A program made the position numbers and the translations under genes. The notes under the pieces were generated by a model. That model did no database searches and was not told the DNA's origin. It was given only the letters and a program-made list of their open reading frames with translations. A stretch of DNA of 64,000 nt, from positions 96,001 to 160,000 of the forward strand of contig JBEIPA010000009.1 of the NCBI GenBank assembly GCA_040377305.1. Direction: 5' to 3'. This DNA is from Flavobacteriales bacterium. GTDB taxonomy: Bacteria > Bacteroidota > Bacteroidia > Palsa-965. Shown here one piece after another: positions 1-8,748 of this stretch. Numbering within the stretch: the stretch's first letter is position 1; every line of letters begins with the position of its first letter.

Positions 1-244
1 TGGCCATTATATATGCATGACTTTTTTTGTTCTTCGTTCATATTTTTGGTTTTTATCTCCTAACAAATATGGTAATTCAATTGGGTTTTTTCAACAAAAG
101 GTCAGAATTTGAGACTGTAGATATTTTCATTTTACTTCGAGAAGAGGATACCAAAATAAGGAGTGCTCCGACAAAGTGCTTGGGCGCGCACCGATGGAAG
201 CACTTTTCGAAAAAGGTGGGCAACTGTTCAGTATTTTTGCTCTC

Positions 245-295
245 AGCGTCGGACTCATAATCCGTTGGTCCCAGGTTCAAATCCTGGTGGGCGCA
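245..295 (+). pseudogene. 3' fragment of tRNA with CAT anticodon (Ile2/Met type); probable attR site
   Basis: AGCGTCGGA-CT-CAT-AA-TCCGT anticodon arm, CCAGG-TTCAAAT-CCTGG T-arm, TGGGCGC-A acceptor 3' strand; no D-arm or acceptor 5' strand upstream. Confidence 0.8.
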
Positions 296-298
296 CAG

Positions 299-339
299 AA
301 AAAGCCCCGACTCTCCAAAGAGGTCGGGGCTTGTCTTTT
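299..339. terminator. Intrinsic terminator, probably bidirectional
   Basis: AAGCCCCGAC...GTCGGGGCTT stem flanked by A and T runs, between the tRNA fragment and a convergent gene. Confidence 0.75.
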
Positions 340-355
340 ATCAGAATAGAAATAT

Positions 356-1450
356 CTATTTCTCTACGGCGAACTCTCCGCAAATGGTAATTTCTACTCT
401 GCGGTTCGCTGCACTTGCTGACTCCGTGTTTACTATCGGTTCCGATTCTCCAAACGCGCGAGCCTTCATGCGCTTCTCAGGAACTCCGGCTCCAACAAGA
501 TAGCTACGTACTGCTGCAGCGCGGTCTTGCGACAGTTTGGTGTTCGACTGGTCTGTTCCAACTTTGTCGGTGTGACCGTCTATGTAAACGATAATAGAAG
601 GATAGGTTAACAGGAAATTCGCAAGACCATTTAGTTCGTTGAAAGACTCCGGAAGAATTACGGCTTTGTCAGTTTCGAAGTTGAGATCTGAAAGTTGGTA
701 GCAACCTCCGGAAAGAATCCACGCAATGTCGTTTTCTGCAACTACTCCAGGTGCAACACTAACATCATCAACAAAGTAATAGGCTTTGCGTGAGTTGTTC
801 GTGTTTTCAGGAATTATCTTTTGCACGGACATATAATCGTCGAAACAACCGAGTGTCATATAGCGCTCTCCGCCTTTGGCAACATAAGTTGCTGTGAACA
901 CACTCCATTCAGTGCTTGTAAGAACGTTTGATGCAATGATGTGCGGAGTAACCTCGAGATATGAATTTTTCTTCTCATCCATTTTCTCGTTGGTAAAGTA
1001 GACCCCAACACCAGAAACCGCAAATGCACTTTTTTCTGCGAGTGCAATATCAAACGTTACTGTATAAGCTTTACCTGCCACCATAGGTTCGCGCAGATCG
1101 AATTGAATGTATTCGCTGTATTTCTGATAAGCCGGTTTTGTTTTGAAGAGTCCCATTTCCTGTCCGTAGTAAGCAGTGAAACCAGCATAATTACTTCCGG
1201 TTTTCGCTCCTTGCGAACCCATGTCGTTGTCAGGAATACTGTATCCTTTGCGGCATGAATTGCTGCTGTACAAGTCGATAGTCGTGTTGTTCGAACTTGA
1301 AATGTTATCGGCGCGTTCATACTCTGCGCGTCCATGCACCTTTCCTTTAGTCGCTTCGAAAGAGCCATTCACGATAAAGTTGTTATCCTGTGCCGTCGCA
1401 CTGATCATTGCGAATGCGGCAAGTCCTGTTAATATTCTATGCGTTTTCAT
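356..1450 (-). CDS. OmpA-family protein with N-terminal carbohydrate-binding-like domain
   Basis: Signal peptide, NGSFE motif, C-terminal GHTD...N..LS..RA..V...L and NRRVEI motifs. Confidence 0.85.
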   Translation of the reverse strand: MKTHRILTGLAAFAMISATAQDNNFIVNGSFEATKGKVHGRAEYERADNISSSNNTTIDLYSSNSCRKGYSIPDNDMGSQGAKTGSNYAGFTAYYGQEMGLFKTKPAYQKYSEYIQFDLREPMVAGKAYTVTFDIALAEKSAFAVSGVGVYFTNEKMDEKKNSYLEVTPHIIASNVLTSTEWSVFTATYVAKGGERYMTLGCFDDYMSVQKIIPENTNNSRKAYYFVDDVSVAPGVVAENDIAWILSGGCYQLSDLNFETDKAVILPESFNELNGLANFLLTYPSIIVYIDGHTDKVGTDQSNTKLSQDRAAAVRSYLVGAGVPEKRMKARAFGESEPIVNTESASAANRRVEITICGEFAVEK

Positions 1451-1524
1451 GATTTTTGTTGTTGTTCCCCACCGTAGCAGGAATAGTTTGGTACTTGGTT
1501 AATTATTGATGATTGAATTGATTT

Positions 1525-2466
1525 TTACTTTACACTGTCCTTCGCCTTTTTCTTAAAGTATCTTCTCAGGAGAAAATTATGTTGCACTGCTTCCAGATCT
1601 TCGTTTAGTGTAACTGTGCCTGTTTCCAGATTAATGATCGCGTTCTTCAGACTTGCACCTGCCTGCTCGTCATACAACAAAACACCCATGGGCGTTTTTT
1701 GGTTCTGTTGCGCTTCTTTGAGGTTCGTAGCGAGCACCTGCGCGGTATCTGCGACCTCTTGTAGCTGTTGTATCGTTGCAGACAAGGAATTAAAGATGAC
1801 CGTATCCGTTACCAGGTCGTGAGCGAGTGTGCCGTCTTTATTAAGATTGTTGCTGAACTGTACGAGCGAGGAAAGCATGAGCTGCGCATTCTGAGTAGCT
1901 ATCTGCAATGAATTGGCGCTTGCTGTAATGCTGTTATAAAGCGAATCGTCGTACAGAAGCTTACCAATAGTTCCTTCTCCCGAATTAATCTTGTTGGTAA
2001 GAGCCAGAATATTAAGATTGTTCTCCTGCAGTGTGGCCATTATTTCTTCTGTCGATAGCGCCTGCTCATTGAATAGCTCGTCTCCATCAACAACTTCTGG
2101 CGCTGCTGCAGTTCCGCCGTAAACAACCAGAATTTTGTTACCGATTAATCCGTCGGTGCTGATTTTTACCTTTGCATCTCTTCGGACATATTCTACGGCA
2201 TCGACATTGATGTTGATGATTACTTTCACTTGCGACGTACCGTAGAACTCAACTTTCTTTACTGTACCGATTTTCACACCGGAGAAGAATACGTTGTCAC
2301 CGCTCTGCAAACCATTCACATCACCAAATATGGTATACACTGAAACTTTCCGTGTAAATGTTGAATGCTGATCGCCAATGACTATTATACCGGCAACGAG
2401 AACAAGTAGTCCAACGAGGATAAAAATTCCTACGCTTACGGCTCGTCTGTTTTTTGTCTGGCTCAT
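1525..2466 (-). CDS. MlaD/MCE-family substrate-binding protein
   Basis: N-terminal TM, GL..G..V.FSGVKIGTV, ISTDGLIGNK, helical tail. Confidence 0.9.
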   Translation of the reverse strand: MSQTKNRRAVSVGIFILVGLLVLVAGIIVIGDQHSTFTRKVSVYTIFGDVNGLQSGDNVFFSGVKIGTVKKVEFYGTSQVKVIININVDAVEYVRRDAKVKISTDGLIGNKILVVYGGTAAAPEVVDGDELFNEQALSTEEIMATLQENNLNILALTNKINSGEGTIGKLLYDDSLYNSITASANSLQIATQNAQLMLSSLVQFSNNLNKDGTLAHDLVTDTVIFNSLSATIQQLQEVADTAQVLATNLKEAQQNQKTPMGVLLYDEQAGASLKNAIINLETGTVTLNEDLEAVQHNFLLRRYFKKKAKDSVK

Positions 2467-2469
2467 AGT

Positions 2470-3237
2470 TTATTGAATAAAATTGTAGTTGACGAAATTT
2501 TTAATTTCCTCATTTTCGGAATGAAACACTTCTTCGAATTTTCCTGTCCAGACAAATTTTCCCTTCAGCATCATGGCTACGCGATCACCGGTTTCACGGG
2601 CACAGGTGAGATCGTGTGTGATGATAATCGAGGTAGTGTTGTACTTCTGTTGAACTTCATTGATGAGCGTGTTAATCTCTTCACTGGTAATGGGATCAAG
2701 CCCGGATGTTGGTTCATCATAGAGCATGATTTCCGGTTTGAGAATGAGCGTGCGTGCTATACCAATCCGTTTACGTTGCCCGCCCGATAAATCAGAAGGC
2801 ATGTTCTCTGCTTTGCTGCTTAGACCAACTGCATCGAGTACTTCGTTTACAGCGTTGTCAATTTCGGTTGATGTCAGATGCTTACGGTTCATGATCAGAG
2901 GGAACTCGAGGTTCTCACGAACATTCATGCTGTCGTATAATGCACTATTCTGAAAGGAGAAACCAATTCGCAAACGAAGCCTGTCAAGATCTTTTGGGTT
3001 AAGCTTGTCAACCTCTTCGCCGAGGACATGAATTACACCACGATCGGGTCGCAATAGTCCAACGAGAATTTTGATTAGTACAGATTTTCCTGATCCGGAA
3101 CGTCCAAGCACAACCATGTTTTCTCCTTTGAATACATCGAGGTTAATGTCGTGGAGTACATCGGTGCTGCCGAACGACTTCGACAATCCACGAATGGAAA
3201 TTATCGGCGCCGTATTAATATGTGCTGATGTTTCCAT
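2470..3237 (-). CDS. MlaF-like ABC transporter ATP-binding protein
   Basis: GRSGSGKS Walker A, LSGGQ signature, LYDEPTSGLDP. Confidence 0.92.
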   Translation of the reverse strand: METSAHINTAPIISIRGLSKSFGSTDVLHDINLDVFKGENMVVLGRSGSGKSVLIKILVGLLRPDRGVIHVLGEEVDKLNPKDLDRLRLRIGFSFQNSALYDSMNVRENLEFPLIMNRKHLTSTEIDNAVNEVLDAVGLSSKAENMPSDLSGGQRKRIGIARTLILKPEIMLYDEPTSGLDPITSEEINTLINEVQQKYNTTSIIITHDLTCARETGDRVAMMLKGKFVWTGKFEEVFHSENEEIKNFVNYNFIQ

Positions 3238-4025
3238 TACCTGAACCAGTTTGAGATCTGAACTATTGTTACTTCTTCTATAAATACCAGAAACATTGAA
3301 ATCACTACAGCCTGGTTGGCTGCGCGACCCACACCCCGTGTTCCGGATGTTGCGTTAAAACCTTTGTAACATCCAACAAGTCCGATGGTAAAACCGAACA
3401 CAATGGACTTTGTAACCGAAGCGAATACGTCGAGAAATGTGATGGTTGAAAATCCATTTTTGAAAAAGCTAGCGAGGCTCGCTGCTTCATTGAGGTGTAC
3501 GCTCATGTATGAACCAAGAAGAGCAACAAACCCGCAGAACAAACCGAGTATAGGAACCGTAATTGCGCATGCAAGCACACGCGTTGTTACGAGATACTTG
3601 AAGGGATTGATTGCCGACACTTCCATAGCATCAATCTGTTCTGTGACTTTCATAGAACCTAACTCTGCGCCGATGCTCGATCCTACTTTTCCTGCACAAA
3701 TCAATGCAGTAACCAATGATGCGAGCGCGCGAACGATAGCAATGGAAATGAGCGATGGCAGCCACGACGTTGCACCAAATTCTGCAAGTGACGGGCGCGA
3801 TTGTTTTGTGAAGACTATTCCGGTTACGAATCCGGTGAGTGTAATCAGTGGAAGTGCTTTAAGTCCGATTTCATAGCACTGATTAGTCAGCTCCCGAAAA
3901 TAAATCGGCGGTCTGAATGCTTCACGGAAAAAACGTTTCACAAATAAAAACGCACTGTATATGCCGATGAAATACTCATCGAGATTTTTATTTATTACGT
4001 ATTTACGTGGTGTAGAATTAGACAA
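3237..4025 (-). CDS. MlaE-like ABC transporter permease
   Basis: GSSIGAELGSMKVTEQIDAMEV motif; TTG start; coupled to the ATPase gene. Confidence 0.9.
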   Translation of the reverse strand: MSNSTPRKYVINKNLDEYFIGIYSAFLFVKRFFREAFRPPIYFRELTNQCYEIGLKALPLITLTGFVTGIVFTKQSRPSLAEFGATSWLPSLISIAIVRALASLVTALICAGKVGSSIGAELGSMKVTEQIDAMEVSAINPFKYLVTTRVLACAITVPILGLFCGFVALLGSYMSVHLNEAASLASFFKNGFSTITFLDVFASVTKSIVFGFTIGLVGCYKGFNATSGTRGVGRAANQAVVISMFLVFIEEVTIVQISNWFR

Positions 4026-4338
4026 AACGCCAGACTGTTTGGACTAGACTTGGCAAAAACCAGTCCCTGCCATTCTTGCGGGTTCATTGACAGATTTCGT
4101 TGACAGACCCGTAATATTCCCAGTTCCCACTTCGGGGCATGCGTACATTTCTGGGGAAATTATTGCCCAGTGGAAGACTGATGTTCACAAATGTTGCGCA
4201 CCACTTTTACTAACCTCCGCCAATTCCTCAGAAATTATCTTCGCTGAGTTCATCCTTTACACGTCCGACTTCTGAGTTTTGCAAAATCCCTCCAAATTCT
4301 GGATATTGCACGTGCAAACACGGTCGCTAACCAGATTT

Positions 4339-5031
4339 ATGAAGTGCATTGTAATTGATGATGATTCTCTCACGCGCGGGGCTCTTGAGCTATTAGCACA
4401 ACGCAGCGAACTGCTTGAGTATTCCGGATCTTTTGATTCCGCACCTCCTGCGCTGACCTTTCTTCAGGAAAATCCACAGGACGTTATTTTCCTGGATGTG
4501 GAGATGGGAGGGATGTCGGGTTTCGAGCTGATTGAAAAAATGGGTGAAGAATCACCGATAGTAATCATGGTTACTGCCCATTCAAAATATGCGGCAGGAG
4601 CATTCGATTCGAACGTTGCTGATTTTCTGGTGAAACCAATTACCCCTTCACGTTTTCAGCAGGCAATCGACAAAGCGGCAATGCATCTCGATATGAAAAG
4701 GAAGAACGAGCAGGGGACAGCGCTCGTGATCAAAACTTCAGAAGGCATGAAAAAAGTTGCCAAAGAAGATATTCTCTACATCAAGTCGCTCGCCGATTAT
4801 GTAACCATTTATACGGCGACTAACAAATACACTACGCATTCAACGCTCAAAGGAATTCTGGAACGCGTGGGCACCGAAGAATTTGTTCGTGCTCATCATT
4901 CGTTCATTGTACGCATCGATAAAATTGCGGAGGTGGATGTAACTGCGTTGAGAATCGGCTCGATGTCCATTCCAATTTCGAGATCGCGCAGAAAAGAAGT
5001 AGGGACGAGGTTTAAGGAGTACTTCGGTTAA
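4339..5031 (+). CDS. LytTR-family response regulator
   Basis: Receiver motifs VIDDD/FLDVEM/KP and LytTR FVRAHHSFIV; ATG 4339 preferred as start. Confidence 0.9.
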   Translation: MKCIVIDDDSLTRGALELLAQRSELLEYSGSFDSAPPALTFLQENPQDVIFLDVEMGGMSGFELIEKMGEESPIVIMVTAHSKYAAGAFDSNVADFLVKPITPSRFQQAIDKAAMHLDMKRKNEQGTALVIKTSEGMKKVAKEDILYIKSLADYVTIYTATNKYTTHSTLKGILERVGTEEFVRAHHSFIVRIDKIAEVDVTALRIGSMSIPISRSRRKEVGTRFKEYFG

Positions 5032-5035
5032 AATT

Positions 5036-5110
5036 CAATGCGCCATACCCAATGCGCAATTCGCAATAACGCCGATGAACTGCGCATTGCGTATTGAATT
5101 TTGCGCATTG
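5036..5110. repeat. Inverted 7-mer tandem arrays (CAATGCG / CGCATTG)
   Basis: CAATGCG CCATACC CAATGCG CAATTCG CAAT ... CGCATTG CGTATTG AATTTTG CGCATTG. Confidence 0.8.
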
Positions 5111-5113
5111 TAC

Positions 5114-5644
5114 CTAGTCTGGTTTCTTCACCGGCATTCTTAAACTTTCCGGAACAACAACATCTCCGTTCTCTTCTTCATACGTGCAATACGTAATCCA
5201 CCAACGATTTTGGTCGTAGAAGATGTTGAATACGTTAACACCACGCAATTGGATTGTGTCTCCTTTCGGATTGATGTCGGCTAATTCGTACCCGGAATAA
5301 ACGCACATCATGTGTCCGAAAGCAATGGTTTGGCGACCGGTTTCCCACTCTTTAAAATAGTGCGTAGCTGTAAATCCTTTCATGATCTTCAGATATTCCT
5401 GCGGCGTGATTCTGAAGTTCACCAGTTTTGTTGAATCTTTTCGTGAAGGCACAATTCCATCGAGCTGTGCTCCCGGCCAGAATAAATTCATGAAGCGGGC
5501 GCTGTCAATCTGTTTCCCTTTTTTGACGTCGAGGCAACTATAGAATGCTTTAATCAGTCCATCGGGAGTGGAGAGATCGTCTTGGGCGTTTGCTGTTAAT
5601 CCAAATGCAATCAACAGCGAGAATGTCGCGACTATTTTTTTCAT
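5114..5644 (-). CDS. Secreted hypothetical protein, NTF2/SnoaL-like
   Basis: Signal peptide; RGVNVFNI...RWWI C-terminal pattern. Confidence 0.55.
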   Translation of the reverse strand: MKKIVATFSLLIAFGLTANAQDDLSTPDGLIKAFYSCLDVKKGKQIDSARFMNLFWPGAQLDGIVPSRKDSTKLVNFRITPQEYLKIMKGFTATHYFKEWETGRQTIAFGHMMCVYSGYELADINPKGDTIQLRGVNVFNIFYDQNRWWITYCTYEEENGDVVVPESLRMPVKKPD

Positions 5645-5676
5645 AGCGATCAATTTATACAACCAGATTCTGAGAA

Positions 5677-6237
5677 CTAAAGCATTCTCTCAATAGCACT
5701 TGCAAAATGTTCATGCTCCAATCTTTGAACTTTTGCAGCAAGTGTTTCAATGGTATCGCCTGCATCAACCGCACAGGTGAATTGGGCAATGTGATCACCC
5801 TCATCAAAATTCTCATTCACTAAATGAATTGTGATTCCGCTTTCTTTTTCTCCCGCAGCAAGCACCGCCGCGTGAACATGTTTCCCATACATTCCCTTTC
5901 CGCCAAATTTCGGAAGTAACGCAGGATGAATGTTTATGATTCGGTTTCGGTAAGCGAGAATAAGAATTTCCGGAATAAGCCAGAGAAATCCAGCGAGCAC
6001 AATCATATCGATCGCGCGGATTTTCAACTCATCGAGTACAGAGCGCGTTGAATAGAATTGTTCGCGATCAACAATCATTGTCTCAACGCCGTACTCCTGC
6101 GCCATTTTCACTGCTCCCGCATCAGCGCGATTCGAAATCAGCAACGTGACTTGCGCATCCATGTGCATTTCGAAATGACGGATGAGAATTTCGGCGTTGG
6201 TGCCAGTGCCGGAAGCGAAGATTGCGATCTTTTTCAC
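5677..6237 (-). CDS. purN: Phosphoribosylglycinamide formyltransferase
   Basis: IAIFASGTGTN, INIHPALLPKFGG, SGITIHLV. Confidence 0.97.
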   Translation of the reverse strand: MKKIAIFASGTGTNAEILIRHFEMHMDAQVTLLISNRADAGAVKMAQEYGVETMIVDREQFYSTRSVLDELKIRAIDMIVLAGFLWLIPEILILAYRNRIINIHPALLPKFGGKGMYGKHVHAAVLAAGEKESGITIHLVNENFDEGDHIAQFTCAVDAGDTIETLAAKVQRLEHEHFASAIERML

Positions 6238-6247
6238 GGCGCAAAGG

Positions 6248-6283
6248 TAATGTGCTAATGTGCTAATTGGTTAATGTGCTAAT
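6248..6283. repeat. 8-mer tandem array, left arm
   Basis: TAATGTGC TAATGTGC TAATTGGT TAATGTGC TAAT. Confidence 0.9.
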
Positions 6284-6396
6284 AAAGCAGTAAAAATATT
6301 TTACCTACGGTAACCTGTCTACCCTGAAAAATATTTTTGGAGATCTGATTTTCCTACGATTACATTTGCCGCCCAATTTTCACAAAAACCAATTAT

Positions 6397-6744
6397 ATGC
6401 AAGCGAGACCAAATCCACTCAAAACGAAATCATTTCAATTTGCACTAGACATCATTGAATTCAATCAATCGTTGATTGCAACGCACCAGTACGTAATTTC
6501 AAAGCAATTAGTAAAATCAGGGACCTCAATCGGTGCTAACATTTATGAAGCACAAAGTCCTGAAAGCAAGAACGACTTCGTACATAAATTAAAGATTGCA
6601 GCCAAGGAAGCCTCAGAAACTGACTTCTGGCTTGAACTCTGCAAAGTATCACCTTACCTGCCCGATCCAACTGCGCTCCAAGGAAACCTGGTAGAGATTC
6701 AAAAACTGTTGTCGGCCAGCATTAGCACCAGTAAAGGAAGATAA
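6397..6744 (+). CDS. Four helix bundle protein (TIGR02436 / 23S rRNA IVP / Avd-like)
   Basis: KSFQFAL, QLVKSGTSIGANIYEAQ, SKNDFVHKLKIAAKEASETDFWLEL; TACATTTG promoter at 6361. Confidence 0.92.
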   Translation: MQARPNPLKTKSFQFALDIIEFNQSLIATHQYVISKQLVKSGTSIGANIYEAQSPESKNDFVHKLKIAAKEASETDFWLELCKVSPYLPDPTALQGNLVEIQKLLSASISTSKGR

Positions 6745-6755
6745 TCGTCGGTCTG

Positions 6756-6791
6756 ATTAGCACATTAGCCAATTAGCAAATTAACCAATTA
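6756..6791. repeat. 8-mer tandem array, right arm (inverse of 6248-6283)
   Basis: ATTAGCAC ATTAGCCA ATTAGCAA ATTAACCA ATTA. Confidence 0.9.
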
Positions 6792-7580
6792 CTCGGAACG
6801 CTCAATTTCAAGTTCCGTACGTGTAATTTTGCCCGCAGAAGAAATCTGCCCCGTAAATGTTTTGCGCATCACGGAATAAACCGGCTTATCGTTTACATCG
6901 TAATCTTCGGTTGAGTCGGCGTAGAGGCTGCGGAATGATCCATCCAGAAAAATATTACTGTATTCGCGACACGTCCACGAGATCGGCGCATCAGCTCCAC
7001 CTTCATCGCGCGCCATGCATTGCGTAGAAATTTGTTTTCCGCTCTTGTCATAAGTGGTGAGCATGAACAATGTTCCCATTGCATACGGACAAGCCTGTGC
7101 GGTTTCATAATCCAATCGCCAGGTTACCCAGCAACCGTTAGAATCTTTACGGATGGTGTCAAGCAGTTTTATTTCTGCCCAAACCATTTGTCCCATATCG
7201 TCGCTGGGAGAATCACCGGCTTTCTTTAACGAGTCGAGATATAGGTAACGTTGGAACTTGTAAGCTGCTTCGGGATCACACTCCGTATCGAGCGGCACAA
7301 ATCTTCTCCGCACTTCTTTTCCGGAAAGCACTTTGCCTTTCTTATTCGACAACGCAGCGTTGAATGAAAAGAAGATCTGCGATTTATCAGCAGGTGCAAT
7401 TGTGTCTCCGCCCATTTTCGTAGCAAGAGCTTCTGTTGGAACTGTGTCTTTCGGCAGAGAGTCAACGACCACTAAAGAATCGGTCGTGGTATCAACGTTA
7501 TTTGTTGTAGTCGTGTTCTCGTTGCCGCATGAAGCGAAAGCAACGAATGCAATGGGCAAAAGAATTCGGAAAATGTGCAT
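6789..7580 (-). CDS. Hypothetical lipoprotein
   Basis: Lipobox FAS-C then Thr-rich linker; ATG 7580 preferred. Confidence 0.7.
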   Translation of the reverse strand: MHIFRILLPIAFVAFASCGNENTTTTNNVDTTTDSLVVVDSLPKDTVPTEALATKMGGDTIAPADKSQIFFSFNAALSNKKGKVLSGKEVRRRFVPLDTECDPEAAYKFQRYLYLDSLKKAGDSPSDDMGQMVWAEIKLLDTIRKDSNGCWVTWRLDYETAQACPYAMGTLFMLTTYDKSGKQISTQCMARDEGGADAPISWTCREYSNIFLDGSFRSLYADSTEDYDVNDKPVYSVMRKTFTGQISSAGKITRTELEIERSE

Positions 7581-7736
7581 GATCAAAGATAGCGAAGTCG
7601 ATAAGTCAATTTGTGATCAACCAGCCAGACCGAACTTTATACTTGAAGACCTGTTGCTTGCCGACTTTCACAGCGGTTGTGTCGAATTGACAGAACTCTG
7701 ATTCACAATCCCCGTAAATTGATGAAACTTGTATTA

Positions 7737-8396
7737 ATGAAGTTTACCCCCATTCCATATTCCCCTGAGAAAATTACGGTTGAAGAGTCGCGGAAGCGTG
7801 CCGAAGAATTTTATGCAAAAATGGATCAGCGCAGAACCGTTCGCCATTTTTCAGATCGTGAAGTGCCCGACGACGTTATCGATACACTTATCATGACAGC
7901 GTCGACTGCGCCATCCGGAGCTCACAAGCAACCGTGGCAGTTTTGTGTGGTGCGCGACAAGGCGTTGAAAAAACGGATCCGTGAAGCAGCCGAGAAGGAA
8001 GAGCATGAAAGTTACAGCGTTCGTATGCCGCGGGAGTGGAAAGATGATCTTGCTGTTCTTGGCACCGATTGGCAAAAACCATTTCTGGAAATTGCGCCGG
8101 TTCTCATAGTCGTGTTCAAACGTTCGTATGAAATAGTAGATGAACGTAAGAAGAACAACTACTATGTAACCGAATCGGTTGGACTTGCGTCTGGATTTTT
8201 GCTGGCAGCCATTCATAACGCCGGACTGGTTGCATTAACACATACGCCAAGCCCGATGAATTTCCTGTCGCAGATTCTGGAGCGCCCATCCAACGAAAAG
8301 CCCTTTTTACTCATTCCCGTGGGATACGCTGCAGAGGACTGCACGGTGCCAAAACTCACGCGGAAGCCCGAAAATGAGGTGATAACATATTATTAG
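7737..8396 (+). CDS. Nitroreductase family, iodotyrosine deiodinase-like
   Basis: RRTVRHFS, TAPSGAHKQPW, EAAEKEE..SY..RM...W..DL..LGTDWQKPFL, THTP. Confidence 0.85.
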   Translation: MKFTPIPYSPEKITVEESRKRAEEFYAKMDQRRTVRHFSDREVPDDVIDTLIMTASTAPSGAHKQPWQFCVVRDKALKKRIREAAEKEEHESYSVRMPREWKDDLAVLGTDWQKPFLEIAPVLIVVFKRSYEIVDERKKNNYYVTESVGLASGFLLAAIHNAGLVALTHTPSPMNFLSQILERPSNEKPFLLIPVGYAAEDCTVPKLTRKPENEVITYY

Positions 8397-8415
8397 CCAG
8401 TAGATTAGCTTATTC

Positions 8416-8446
8416 TTTGGTTATTACTTCGTTACCTATATCTTTG
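8416..8446 (+). promoter_or_regulatory. Bacteroidota housekeeping promoter for acpP
   Basis: TTTG (8416) - 19 nt - TATCTTTG (8439). Confidence 0.7.
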
Positions 8447-8478
8447 CAGGCACATTAAACTAAAAAAACTGCTTTAAG

Positions 8479-8715
8479 ATGTCAGACATTTCAGCAAAAG
8501 TGAAAGCAATCATCGTTGATAAACTCGGTGTAGATGAGAAAGAAGTTACCGAGGCGGCAAGTTTCACAAACGATCTCGGCGCAGATTCTCTTGATACAGT
8601 TGAATTGATCATGGAGTTCGAGAAAGAGTTCAACATTGCTATTCCAGATGACCAGGCTGAGAAAATCAACACGGTTGGAGAAGCAATTAAATACATTCAG
8701 GAGCACGCGAAATAA
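8479..8715 (+). CDS. acpP: Acyl carrier protein
   Basis: [12 protein letters not shown]. Confidence 0.98.
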   Translation: MSDISAKVKAIIVDKLGVDEKEVTEAASFTNDLGADSLDTVELIMEFEKEFNIAIPDDQAEKINTVGEAIKYIQEHAK

Positions 8716-8748
8716 TTAGCGCTCTTTGATCCACAAAATTTTACGGGC

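Noticed and set aside
163-295. GTGCTC at 163 could pair with the tRNA acceptor 3' strand, suggesting an intron-containing or split tRNA
   Set aside because: No D-arm motif follows it and the pairing relies on G-U pairs; a truncated att fragment is simpler.
4052-4070. GG-N10-GC sigma-54-like motif upstream of the MlaE-like gene
   Set aside because: Lacks the TGGCA core; too weak to call.
6532-6728. GTGCTAA and ATTAGCAC repeat-like units inside the four-helix CDS
   Set aside because: Single units explained by codons for GAN and IST; could be chance.
6397-6744. Diversity-generating retroelement around the Avd-like gene
   Set aside because: No reverse transcriptase and no TR/VR pair differing at adenines seen in the window.
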